Positions 19,740-29,443 of a stretch of DNA of 64,000 nt are shown one piece after another (within the stretch, counting starts at the first letter, position 1; each line of letters opens with the position of its first letter). Origin of the DNA: an uncultured Acidobacteriota bacterium (GTDB lineage: Bacteria; Acidobacteriota; UBA6911); the NCBI GenBank assembly GCA_963809485.1, contig CAWEJX010000009.1:64001-128000 (forward strand). Reading direction: 5' to 3'. The notes under the pieces were generated by a model. The model was not told where the DNA came from. It did no database searches and worked only from the letters and a program-made list of their open reading frames with translations. The position numbers were made by a program, and so were the translations under genes.

Positions 19740-21479
19740 ATGAGCCAAAACTGGCGGGAACTCATCAGTCAACCCAAGCACAACATCAAAACCGAGAAGG
19801 ATGTTTTTGCACCGATGCGGGATGGGACTCGCTTGTGCGTGAATATCTACCGTCCGGAGGCAGCCGGGAGATTTCCTGCGTTACTGGCCATGGGCGGATA
19901 CGGCAAGGAGTTGCAGGAACTTCTGATCCCGCCGCAGCCGCTTCATAAAAGCGCGGTCTGGGATGGGAACATCGAGGCCGGGGATACACCGGACATAGTG
20001 CCCCGCGGATATGTGCATGTGATCGCGGACGCGCGCGGGACGGGCAAATCCGAGGGAGAATTTCCCGGCATGTGGTCTTCGCAGGAAGGCCGGGACGGTC
20101 ACGACCTGGTCGAGTGGATCGCGCAGCAGCCGTGGTGCGACGGGAACGTGGGAATGATCGGCTACTCTTACTATGGCTGCATCCAGCTGAAAGTGGCGAT
20201 TGAACAGCCGCCGCATCTGAAGGCAATTTTCGTTTCCCATCTGGTCAACGATTTCTACCGGGACGGCGTATACGGCGGAGGTGTGCTCGGCCTGTTTTAC
20301 TACGGGATCTGGGACGGCCGGCACGGCACGAGCGGCTTTGCTCCCAAAAACGCTCCCGTACTATCGATGAAGGAATTTTCCGGGGAGGAGTTCGAGCGCA
20401 GGCGCCAGGCGCTGTTGAACGATCCGGATATCCGGCACTATCCCAATATCTACCACTTGTTGAACTACCCCCAAAAGAATCCATGGGTCTTCGACATGCT
20501 CATGCATCCCTTTGACGGCCCCTTCTGGCAGGACCGGTCCATTTATCCTCATTTTGACAAAATCAGGATTCCCGTGTACGTGGTCGGCAAGGCCGCGCAC
20601 GGCGCCGGAGCTTTCTGGGATATTTACAGCGGCATTCAATCGGCCAAGAGACTGCTGGTCAAACCTTTCGGGCCGGAGGAGAGGCCGTGGCGCGAGGATA
20701 CCGAACTCATCATCCGCTGGTACGACCATTGGCTGAAGGGCTTGGACACCGGAATAATGAACGGACCGCCCATTCACATGTTTGTCCAGGGAATCAACCG
20801 GTGGCGCGATGAGACGGAGTGGCCCCTCCCGGGAACCGAGTGGGTAAAATGCTACCTCCGCCGATGGGAGAACCTGTCTTTCGCCCCTGAGCGTTATCAG
20901 CATCACCCGGACTGCTTCCTTCAGCAACCGCTTTACCTGTCCAACAAGCGAGACTCCGTCAAGTATGTCAGCGCACCCATGCCCGAGAACATAACGGTTA
21001 TCGGGCCTTCCGCATTCAACTTTTACGCTTCCATCGACACGGACGATACCAACTGGATCGTCAAATTGAGCGATGTGGCCCCGGGCGGCGCGGAGACGCC
21101 ACTGGCCAAGGGCATCCTGAAAGCCTCGCACCGTGCCCTGGACCGGGAAAAATCGAGGCCCTATGCCCCCTATCACACACACGTCCAATCGGATCCGGTC
21201 GTGCCAGACGAAATCAACGAGTACAATGTAAGTCTGGGCAAGATAACCAATGTCTTCAGGGGGGGCCACCGCATTAAACTCGAAATACTGAGTCTGGAGT
21301 CTCCCAGGGATCCTGAGATGCAGATTCATTATCACCCGACGCTGCCCAGCAGCAGGACCACTCTGCACAAGATTTACCGCAATAAGGAGTACCCTTCGCA
21401 CCTTGTGCTCCCTATCGTGGGCAGGAAGGACAGCGTGATGGAATACCTGAGCGACGAGAATATGGTGGGGGCGCTTTAG
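19740..21479 (+). CDS. CocE/NonD family hydrolase (peptidase S15-like)
   Basis: PMRDGTRL, DARGTGKSEG, WCDGNVGMIGYSYYG nucleophile elbow, RWYDHWLKG, and a C-terminal jelly-roll (FRGGHRI). Confidence 0.9.
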   Translation: MSQNWRELISQPKHNIKTEKDVFAPMRDGTRLCVNIYRPEAAGRFPALLAMGGYGKELQELLIPPQPLHKSAVWDGNIEAGDTPDIVPRGYVHVIADARGTGKSEGEFPGMWSSQEGRDGHDLVEWIAQQPWCDGNVGMIGYSYYGCIQLKVAIEQPPHLKAIFVSHLVNDFYRDGVYGGGVLGLFYYGIWDGRHGTSGFAPKNAPVLSMKEFSGEEFERRRQALLNDPDIRHYPNIYHLLNYPQKNPWVFDMLMHPFDGPFWQDRSIYPHFDKIRIPVYVVGKAAHGAGAFWDIYSGIQSAKRLLVKPFGPEERPWREDTELIIRWYDHWLKGLDTGIMNGPPIHMFVQGINRWRDETEWPLPGTEWVKCYLRRWENLSFAPERYQHHPDCFLQQPLYLSNKRDSVKYVSAPMPENITVIGPSAFNFYASIDTDDTNWIVKLSDVAPGGAETPLAKGILKASHRALDREKSRPYAPYHTHVQSDPVVPDEINEYNVSLGKITNVFRGGHRIKLEILSLESPRDPEMQIHYHPTLPSSRTTLHKIYRNKEYPSHLVLPIVGRKDSVMEYLSDENMVGAL

Positions 21480-21697
21480 GAGATTTGATATGAGGGATTT
21501 CCGGGCGGCCGCCGGGCCGCCCGCCAAAATCCCCGCGATCTCAGATGCGGTTTCCGGCCAGTCCCTGCCAAGGCGTCCGCATCCTCCAGGTAAGCCCTAG
21601 ACACCACGGTTGCGGGCCCCTCGAAGGAGCCCGATCGCTACCTATAAAAGATAGGGGCCGTTTCCAGTGCCCTAAATCCCTTTGCAGCTTTTGGAGG

Positions 21698-21788
21698 CGC
21701 AGAATATCGAATCACGAATGATGCATTTCGGAATCCCGCCCAAAATTCTGCGGTTCGACATTCGAAATTCTATATCCGGTATTCTGCC
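21698..21788. repeat. heptamer-unit imperfect inverted repeat (GAATATC/GATATTC type)
   Basis: CGCAGAATATCGAATCACGAATG...TTCTGCGGTTCGACATTCGAAATTC...TATTCTGC, homologous to 30696-30765. Confidence 0.55.
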
Positions 21789-21907
21789 GTACCTATGCTC
21801 CCGGTTGCCGCTATAGCACCGGGAAAAAGGCCTGCTTCCGTATTTGCCAAACAGATCCTGCCTCGCCGGCAGAGTCGGTGAACCTCGCGACGGCTCCGAA
21901 CACCGGA

Positions 21908-22624
21908 TTATTTCGATGGCGGCGGTATCCTCTTGGGCTTGGGTTTTCCCTTTTCCGACGAGCCATCGGAATCGATCCAGATATATTTATTCCTCATGTC
22001 CGCCGGTACCATGTCCTTGAAGGAAGTCTCAACATCCTTGGGCGAATACTGGGCTTCTATAAATATGAAGGGTCGCGTGACCTTCGTGACGGTAAAGGGA
22101 CAATGAATGAACCCGCCGTGGTATGAACACCAGGGACGGCTTCGAAATGACATGCTTTTCCATCTCCGGCCCCATATAGACGAATGTATTCAGCTCCCAG
22201 CTCCTGTGGATGTTCGATATCGGTGCCCAGCGCCACCAAAACCTCCGGATCCCTGTGCTTGTGCGGACCATGCCCAGCTATCTTGGTTGCGGACTCGCCC
22301 ATCAGCATGGCGGAAAAGAAGTGGCATCCCTCGATGATGTCACCGTCGCAAAAGACGAGGAACATATTCTTGGCCGCGCCGATATCCTATTTCCAGTTCC
22401 TCAGGCCTCAGCTCGGTCGTGAAGTATTTTCGATACTTCAGTTCCCCCGCCTGCGGGACAGCGGGCTGGACAAGCGGGCCGGGCGCTGCGATCAACTGGC
22501 CGCTTGGGGGCTGGAGGGCTGCGCTCAAGGCGCCGGCAAACGCTGCGCCGGCCGCGCCGACAGCCACATCCTTGACAAACCCTCTCCGCGATGTGCTTCT
22601 CTTATCAATCCTGATGAGACTCAT
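21908..22624 (-). pseudogene. Tat-exported cupin-like protein, split by three +1 frameshifts (probably sequencing errors)
   Basis: SRRGFVK twin-Arg signal. The reconstructed protein reads GPHKHRDPEVLVALGTD..HPQELGAE..YMGPEMEKHVISKPSLVFIP.GFIHCPF, with shifts near 22382, 22188 and 22118. Confidence 0.65.
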
Positions 22625-23340
22625 TGATTTTCTCCTTTACCGATGGATACGTGAGTTCCCTTCCTGGTGTTTCGCGCGAATTCCCTGATGATGACGGCAT
22701 GATATCCCATCTTCCCGCGCTATTCACCCATTATCGAATTCCGGGATATACAAAAGCTCGCCTCCTTACAGGATACAGAGAGACCAAAGGCAGTAAGCCG
22801 GGAGGCATCGGTCCGCTTCGGGTGCCCAAACGGAAAGACTCTTCTATGCTTTGAGACTCTTCCACACCTGAGGCTTTCTCCGGCTTTCAAGGCCGGTTTT
22901 GGCTGCCAGGGGCGGCCGCAGGATCGAGCCCGCAGTTTTGCCTGAATCCCGATGGTTTTGCATTGACAACGTTTGCCCGCTAGATTATCAAACTAATACC
23001 CGGCGCCATGCGCCCGGATGGCATGACTCACTGTTCATTTCTGGATTGGCTGGGCTTCTGTTGCGGATCATTGATGATTTTCCCAAATTTCAATCATCAG
23101 GCATTCAATCAGGCAGGCAGTGTTTGGCAGGAGCCCGTGCAGTCGGGAGGCTCGCGGATTGATTAATTCTGCAATCGCCTCGATCCATGAACCGCGCATC
23201 GAGAGCCCCTGCCGGGACAAGGCTCATGGCCTATGCAGCGCTCGGCAGCGGCGCGAGATGGGTCCATCGGGGCCGTCCCATCAATCCCGGATATTTGCCG
23301 GATCCGCCGGCGCAAAGCCCGATCGAGGGAGGCGTAGTCC

Positions 23341-24627
23341 ATGTCCATAGCTATTGTCGGAATGCTGGACGAGAGAGAAGAAGCTCTCGGAATCATCAGA
23401 GATTGCATTGCGCAGCGCGGCCACAAGCCCCTCTTGATGGATATCAGCGTCGGAACTGGCGCCATTGTCCCCTCGCTCCAGGCGGATGTTCGTTGCGATG
23501 AGTTGCTCGAATTGGGCAGAAAAAGCGCAGAGCCGGGTCCAGGGGGCAAAAGCACCGTGACATCTGTCATGGCCCAGGGGCTGGTGGCGAAGATCCTGGA
23601 GCTCCAGAGGTCGGGAGAACTGCAGGGCATCATCGCCATCACCGGGATGACGGGCGCGCTCATATCGCTGACCGCAATGAAAGCATTGCCTTTCGGCGTC
23701 CCCAAGCTTCTCGTATCCGGCGCCACCGCCCAGCCCGCACACGCAAGCCAGTTCGCCGATTATTTTGCGGTCCGCGATATAACGGTAATGAACACCGTGG
23801 TCGACACCGTAGGAATGAATGCGCTGGTCCGGACACTCGCTGTCAACGGAGCCAACGCCATTTCCGGGATGGTGGAAGGGGCCCGGGGCCTCCGGCATGA
23901 GAGCCGGCCCTCCATTGCCATCACCGAATTCGGCTTTTGCGAGAAGGGGGCGCATCACATCCGGGCAATTCTGGAGAAGGAATACGATCTGGTCTCATTT
24001 CATGCAACGGGTCTGGGCGACAAAGCCGTGATGGATCTGTTGCCCCAGGGGATCTTCCAAGCATTTGTCGATCTTGTCCCGGGGGCTTTCAGCGAACACC
24101 TCCTCGGAGGCAACAGAGGCTTCGTGGGACCGAACCGCCTGGATGCGGCTTCCGCTTTGCCTCTGCCTTACATTTTTTGTCCGGGCGGTTTTGACATCAT
24201 AAGCTGCGGGCCCATGGAAAGGAGGGACAGGAATGATCCGCTCTGGACATCGCGCAGGCTTGCGGAGAGAAAACTGTTCGTGCAGGACCCTCCCAGGGTC
24301 CAGGCCAGGATGAATCCCGAAGAAACGGAATATGTAGCCGCAGCCGCCGCAGAAAGGCTGAATCAATACAGCCTCAAGGCAAGGGTCAAGGCCGTAATCC
24401 CGCGCAGAGGCTTTTCCTCCATCAGCATGGAAGGGGGCCCGCTTCACGATCCTGCGGCCGACAGGGTTTTTGCGGCCGCTTTCAAAGAGCATCTGGATCG
24501 CGAAATAGAAATCATTGAAGTGGACTCGGACATAAACAGCCCCGCTTTCGCAGAGGCCGTGGCGGGGGCGTTGGCGCGCGCCATGACAGGAGAAACCGGA
24601 AAGGGAGGTTCATCGCAGCATGGATAA
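23341..24627 (+). CDS. UPF0261 / Tm-1-like ATP-binding protein (divergent copy)
   Basis: MKALPFGVPKLLVS, DITVMNTVVD..GMN, NGANAISGM, FHATGLG, NRLDAA, PGGFD and DINSPAFA. Confidence 0.85.
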   Translation: MSIAIVGMLDEREEALGIIRDCIAQRGHKPLLMDISVGTGAIVPSLQADVRCDELLELGRKSAEPGPGGKSTVTSVMAQGLVAKILELQRSGELQGIIAITGMTGALISLTAMKALPFGVPKLLVSGATAQPAHASQFADYFAVRDITVMNTVVDTVGMNALVRTLAVNGANAISGMVEGARGLRHESRPSIAITEFGFCEKGAHHIRAILEKEYDLVSFHATGLGDKAVMDLLPQGIFQAFVDLVPGAFSEHLLGGNRGFVGPNRLDAASALPLPYIFCPGGFDIISCGPMERRDRNDPLWTSRRLAERKLFVQDPPRVQARMNPEETEYVAAAAAERLNQYSLKARVKAVIPRRGFSSISMEGGPLHDPAADRVFAAAFKEHLDREIEIIEVDSDINSPAFAEAVAGALARAMTGETGKGGSSQHG

Positions 24628-26356
24628 GATCGAATTCGTCGATCAAACCATCCGGGATGCTCAACAGAGCCTCTGGGGCCTGATGATGCGGACCGACCAC
24701 ATAGTCCCGATTGCGGAAACCATGGGCAAAGTGGGATACCGGGCGATCGCGACCGTCGGTTCCCAGGCGTTCACCGTGCAGGTTCGAAAACACAATGAAG
24801 ATCCGTGGGAGAGGATCCGGACTCTCTCTCAACTTATGCCCCGGACCTGCCTGCGCGGGTCCTACCAGACGGCCAGCCTTTCCGCATTCGACCTCAGCAC
24901 TCCTCGAAATATCATTGTTCTCTGGATAAAGCGGTCCGTGGCCAACGGCATCAGAAGCTTCTGGATCTGCGACTACCAGGAAAACATGGAGAGGTTCCGA
25001 TATTTCGCCCACATAGCCCGGAACGAGGGAGCCGAGATCGTCACGGCGCTGATGTACACGCAAAGCCCGGCCCATACCGATGAGCATTGGGCGCAAAAAG
25101 TCCGGCTGATAGCGGACTCGAAGGACTGCATCGACCGCATCATGATCGAGGACGCCTCCGGCATCCTGACGCCGGAGCGAACGCGCAAGCTGGTCTCCAC
25201 GGTTCAGAAAAATTGCGGCGGCATTCCGCTCGAGTTCCACGGTCACTGCAATTCCGGGCTGGCGCCTCTCTGCTACCTGGAAGCCATTGAATCAGGCGTC
25301 ACGACCGTCCATACCGCGGTTGCGCCTCTTGCCAACGGCACTTCCATGCCTTCGACAGAGAACATATTGAGAAACGCGCGCCGCCTGGGCTATGAATCCG
25401 ATTTGAACGAGGATGCTCTTTCCGCCGTATCCGCCCATTTCAGGGCGATTGCCCAAAAGGAAGGATTGCCCGTCGGCGCGCCCGTGGAATATGACCTCTT
25501 CCATTTTGAGCACCAGGTTCCCGGGGGGATGATGACAAACCTGACGCGGCAGCTCCGGGAGGTGGGAATGGAGCACCGTTTGAGTGAAATCCTTCCCGAG
25601 GTCGCAAAAGTGCGCAAGGAATTCGGATATCCCGTGATGGCGACCCCTTATTCCCAGATCGTCGGATCGCAGGCTGTCGAGAACATTGTCTCGGGCGAAC
25701 GATATAAAAAGATCACGGACGAGACCATTAAATATGCCCTGGGCTACTATGGCCAGCCCGTCGTTCCACTGGATCCGAATCTGATGGACAAAATCCTGAG
25801 CTTGCCCAGGACAAGGGAATTTCAGGACTGGGAGCCGGAAGGGTACCACAAATCCATTGAACAGCTGCGCGAGGAAATCGGGCCCGGGCTTTCCGACGAC
25901 GACCTGCTGCTCCAGGTTCTGATTCCCGGCAAACCGCTTCGGCGCGGCGAGCATAAGGCCCGGGCCCATGCGCCGATCGCGGCCGCTGAAGCAACCGGCG
26001 GATCCCCCATCGGATTCAGGAGCGTTGCGGGGAGGTTCAGCGTGGAGGTGGACGGAGAGATATTCAATGTAAAAATCTCGCCCGTCCCGGAAGAATCCGA
26101 TAAAACCGTTGAAAATGGCCAATCGCGGCCTGCGGAATTGCCCCAAGGATCGGTGGTCTGCGACATCGCGGGACTGGTGCTCTCGATTGAGGTGAAAGTC
26201 GGGGACCGCGTGCATGAGGGAGACCCGGTCGCGGTGATCGAGGCGATGAAAATGAGAAGGCAGATTCACTCGCCCCTCGAAGGGGTGGTCCGCGGTATTT
26301 TGGCAAGAGAGGGCGAAATCGTCGACATCAACGATGTTCTGATGGTGGTATCCTGA
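24620..26356 (+). CDS. carboxyltransferase plus biotin carrier (pyruvate carboxylase subunit B / OadA-like), non-canonical active site
   Basis: TIRDAQQSL, EDPWERIR, FHGHCNSG, HQVPGGMMTNL, ATPYSQIVG and C-terminal EAMKM biotinylation motif. Confidence 0.88.
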   Translation: MDKIEFVDQTIRDAQQSLWGLMMRTDHIVPIAETMGKVGYRAIATVGSQAFTVQVRKHNEDPWERIRTLSQLMPRTCLRGSYQTASLSAFDLSTPRNIIVLWIKRSVANGIRSFWICDYQENMERFRYFAHIARNEGAEIVTALMYTQSPAHTDEHWAQKVRLIADSKDCIDRIMIEDASGILTPERTRKLVSTVQKNCGGIPLEFHGHCNSGLAPLCYLEAIESGVTTVHTAVAPLANGTSMPSTENILRNARRLGYESDLNEDALSAVSAHFRAIAQKEGLPVGAPVEYDLFHFEHQVPGGMMTNLTRQLREVGMEHRLSEILPEVAKVRKEFGYPVMATPYSQIVGSQAVENIVSGERYKKITDETIKYALGYYGQPVVPLDPNLMDKILSLPRTREFQDWEPEGYHKSIEQLREEIGPGLSDDDLLLQVLIPGKPLRRGEHKARAHAPIAAAEATGGSPIGFRSVAGRFSVEVDGEIFNVKISPVPEESDKTVENGQSRPAELPQGSVVCDIAGLVLSIEVKVGDRVHEGDPVAVIEAMKMRRQIHSPLEGVVRGILAREGEIVDINDVLMVVS

Positions 26357-26357
26357 A

Positions 26358-27833
26358 ATGATCAAGAAGATTCTCATAGCCAATCGCGGCGAGATCGCAA
26401 TCCGTGTTATGAGGGCATGCCGCGAAATGGGAATCCCTTCCGTCGCCGTATTTTCGGAAGCGGACAGGGATGCGCTTTTTACCAGGTACGCGGACGAAGC
26501 TTACGGGATCGGCCCGGCGCCGGCATCCCGGAGCTATCTCAATATCCCCAAAATCATCCAAACCGCCAGAGAATGCGGGGCTGATGCAATCCATCCCGGA
26601 TACGGATTCCTGGCGGAAAATCCGGAATTTGCCCTGGCCTGTGAGAAGGAAGGGATCCGCTTTATCGGGCCATCCAGCGGCGTGCTCAGGCTCCTGGGCG
26701 ACAAGCTGGCTGCAAGGCGCGAGATGATTAAGGCAAGCATCCCTGTTGTGCCGGGAACGGTTGAGCGCGTGGAGAACTTCGAGCATGCCCGCAGCGCGGC
26801 CGGAGCCATCGGATATCCCGTGATGATCAAGCCGTCGGGAGGCGGCGGGGGGATCGGGATGACGGTGGTCGGGAACGAAAGCGAGCTGGCGGATGCGCTG
26901 GAATCCGCGAGCGCGATCGCCAGGACGACTTTCGGCCTCGGAGACGTTTACATCGAGAAGTATCTGTTTCACCCGCGCCACATTGAGTTCCAGATACTGG
27001 GGGATTCCGGGGGCCATGTCATCCATCTGGGAGAACGGGAATGCTCCATTCAGCGAAGGCATCAAAAGCTGATCGAGGAATCGCCGTCCACGGCGCTCAC
27101 TCCTGAGCTGCGTGAAGCCATGGGCGCGACCGCGGTGAAAGCCGCCCGGTGTGTCGGGTATGAAGGGGCGGGCACCGTGGAGTTTCTCTTTTCGAATGGA
27201 AGCTTCTATTTCCTCGAAGTGAACGCCAGGGTTCAAGTGGAGCATCCGGTTACGGAGATGGTGACCGGCACGGATATCGTGAAGGAACAGATTCGGATTG
27301 CCGCGGGACTGCCTCTTCGTTACAGGCAGGAGGACGTGAGGATCAGGGGGAGCGCCATCGAGTGCCGTATCAATGCGGAAGATCCGCTGAATGGCTTTGT
27401 CCCGGCACCTGGAAAGATTCAGACCTATCATGCTCCCGGCGGCACAGGCATCCGGGTAGACAGCGGAGTCTGCAGCTCCTGCTCCATCCCGCCTTTCTAC
27501 GATCCGCTGATATCAAAGCTCATCGTCTGGGGCACGGACAGGGATGAGGCGATCGCAAAAATGCAAAGAGCCCTTTACGAATATGTGATCCTCGGAGTCG
27601 CAAGCAACATTCCGTTCCACCAGGCGGTGATGGAGAATCCGCGGTTCAGGGCCGGGGAACTGGAGACTGGATTCATCGACCGGGAAGTTTCACTGAACGC
27701 TGACATAAGACGTATTGTGGAGACTGGAGGGCGATTGCAGGATAGATTTCCCCGCCAGGCTGAAAACAGGAAAAAGGTCGTCGCAATGGCGGTTGCCGCC
27801 GCTTTGTCCGGTGCGCTCGAACCGAGGCAATGA
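26358..27833 (+). CDS. biotin carboxylase (PycA/AccC-like)
   Basis: KILIANRGEIA, HPGYGFLAEN, ERECSIQRRHQKLIEE, EVNARVQVEHPVTE, RINAED and YDPLISKL. Confidence 0.95.
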   Translation: MIKKILIANRGEIAIRVMRACREMGIPSVAVFSEADRDALFTRYADEAYGIGPAPASRSYLNIPKIIQTARECGADAIHPGYGFLAENPEFALACEKEGIRFIGPSSGVLRLLGDKLAARREMIKASIPVVPGTVERVENFEHARSAAGAIGYPVMIKPSGGGGGIGMTVVGNESELADALESASAIARTTFGLGDVYIEKYLFHPRHIEFQILGDSGGHVIHLGERECSIQRRHQKLIEESPSTALTPELREAMGATAVKAARCVGYEGAGTVEFLFSNGSFYFLEVNARVQVEHPVTEMVTGTDIVKEQIRIAAGLPLRYRQEDVRIRGSAIECRINAEDPLNGFVPAPGKIQTYHAPGGTGIRVDSGVCSSCSIPPFYDPLISKLIVWGTDRDEAIAKMQRALYEYVILGVASNIPFHQAVMENPRFRAGELETGFIDREVSLNADIRRIVETGGRLQDRFPRQAENRKKVVAMAVAAALSGALEPRQ

Positions 27834-27910
27834 AGCTGCAGCCCTGTCCGGGGCGCCATGGAATCGATCCATCGGAGTTTGATGCCATTCGGAATCTTCG
27901 GAGGTTTTCT

Positions 27911-29143
27911 ATGAGTAGCAAGCCGAAAGTCATGATGATTGTTACGATGGACACCAAAGAGGCTGAGGCCCGCTTTATGCGAAAGTGCCTGGAAGACAAT
28001 GGCCTCGAGGTTTACCACCTCGACGCCAGCATACTCCGGACGATTGATTGCGGGGCTGCCATCACTCCAGATCAGATCGCTGCGGCGGCCGGCAAAACCA
28101 TGCCCGAGGTCCGGGCTCTCAACCACGAAGCCAAATGTCTGGCCATTATGATCGAGGGAGCCATCCCGTGCGCCCAAGAGCTCCACCGGCAGGTCGGGCT
28201 CAGCGGAATCCTTGCTGCGGGAGGTTCGCTGGGGACTGTTCTCGGCTCGGCGGTTATGCGGACATTCCCGTTCGGCCTTCCCAAGATGATGATCTCGACC
28301 ATGGCGTCCGGAAATACACTGCCCTACGTCGGCACCCGCGATATCGTCATGGTTCCCTCGATATGCGACATTGCCGGCTTAAACACCGTGACACGATGCG
28401 TGTTTCAAAATGCGTCTCGCGCCCTCGCCGGAATGGCTCATGGCTACAAGCCTCTTCCGGCTTCCGACAAACCCCTGATCGCGATTTCAACCCTCAGCAC
28501 CACCGAAAAATGCTGCACCGCGATTCGCGAAGCTCTGGAGCAGCGAGGCTTTGAAGTGATGGTCTTCCACACGCAGGGGACCGGCGGCGTCGCCATGGAT
28601 GTAACCGTCCGCGAGCAGGACGTCTCCATCGCCGTGAATCTGTCGCTGATTGAAGTCAGTGACTTTCTGGTCCAGGGCCTGTTCAGCGGAGGCCCCGACA
28701 GGTGCAAGGCATCGCTTGAAAAGGGTATCCCGACGATCTTTGTGCCGGGCAACATCGACTTCATGGTTGCAGGCCCGATTGAAGACGCGAAGGTCCGCTT
28801 TCCCGGCAGGCGTTATCACGTCCACAACGAAGTGCTGACGGCGGTTCGAGCGGAGGCTGGGGAGTTCAAGCGTGTGGCGGATCATATGGCAGGGCTGATC
28901 CGAGAGGCGAAGGGGTCCGTGGCGTTCCTTGTCCCGCTGCTCGGATTTTCCAATCATGACAGTCCGCAAGGCTATTTGTACGATCCGTCCCTTCCTCCTG
29001 TTTTCGCCGAATATATACAGCAGGCAATGCCCGAAGGTGTGCCGATGGTGTTTCTCCCCCATCACATCAACGACAAGCCTTTTGCCGAGGCCATTATTCA
29101 GCAGGTCCTCGCTTTTCAGAAAAACACTGGATCAGCGGGCTGA
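27911..29143 (+). CDS. UPF0261 / Tm-1-like ATP-binding protein
   Basis: TMDTKEAE, GGSLGT, PFGLPKMMISTMASG, DIAGLN, VFHTQGTGG, GPDR and HINDKPFA. Confidence 0.9.
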   Translation: MSSKPKVMMIVTMDTKEAEARFMRKCLEDNGLEVYHLDASILRTIDCGAAITPDQIAAAAGKTMPEVRALNHEAKCLAIMIEGAIPCAQELHRQVGLSGILAAGGSLGTVLGSAVMRTFPFGLPKMMISTMASGNTLPYVGTRDIVMVPSICDIAGLNTVTRCVFQNASRALAGMAHGYKPLPASDKPLIAISTLSTTEKCCTAIREALEQRGFEVMVFHTQGTGGVAMDVTVREQDVSIAVNLSLIEVSDFLVQGLFSGGPDRCKASLEKGIPTIFVPGNIDFMVAGPIEDAKVRFPGRRYHVHNEVLTAVRAEAGEFKRVADHMAGLIREAKGSVAFLVPLLGFSNHDSPQGYLYDPSLPPVFAEYIQQAMPEGVPMVFLPHHINDKPFAEAIIQQVLAFQKNTGSAG

Positions 29144-29443
29144 GCTGCATGAAAACATAATCGGATTGCGCGTTTCCGCATTGACGCGACCCATGATGGA
29201 GTTTCGTCTGGCACGACGGTTCCGGCATGCTCCGGCATTACTCGCAGGCTCTTCGCAAGCGTGCGTAAAGGTCGGGAAGTTCCAAAAATTGAGAAGCCCC
29301 TCGCCCATCGTCTTCGTGCAACTATGAGGTTGCAGCGCCATTCGATGAAGGTTTACAATCCGCATCAAGAACGGGGACGTTCATAGATTTCCGAGTGATT
29401 CCCCGTCGCGCAAATAACCTGGAAGCCATCGGAGGAGATTTTT

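Noticed and set aside
22750-22910. Possible Moco or c-di-GMP-II riboswitch upstream of the Tat cupin gene
   Set aside because: Only short fragments (GGGCAC, GCCTCCCG) match; the full consensus architecture could not be found by eye.
24620-26356. Sodium-pumping oxaloacetate decarboxylase
   Set aside because: No oadB/oadG membrane subunits are nearby, and a biotin carboxylase is adjacent instead.
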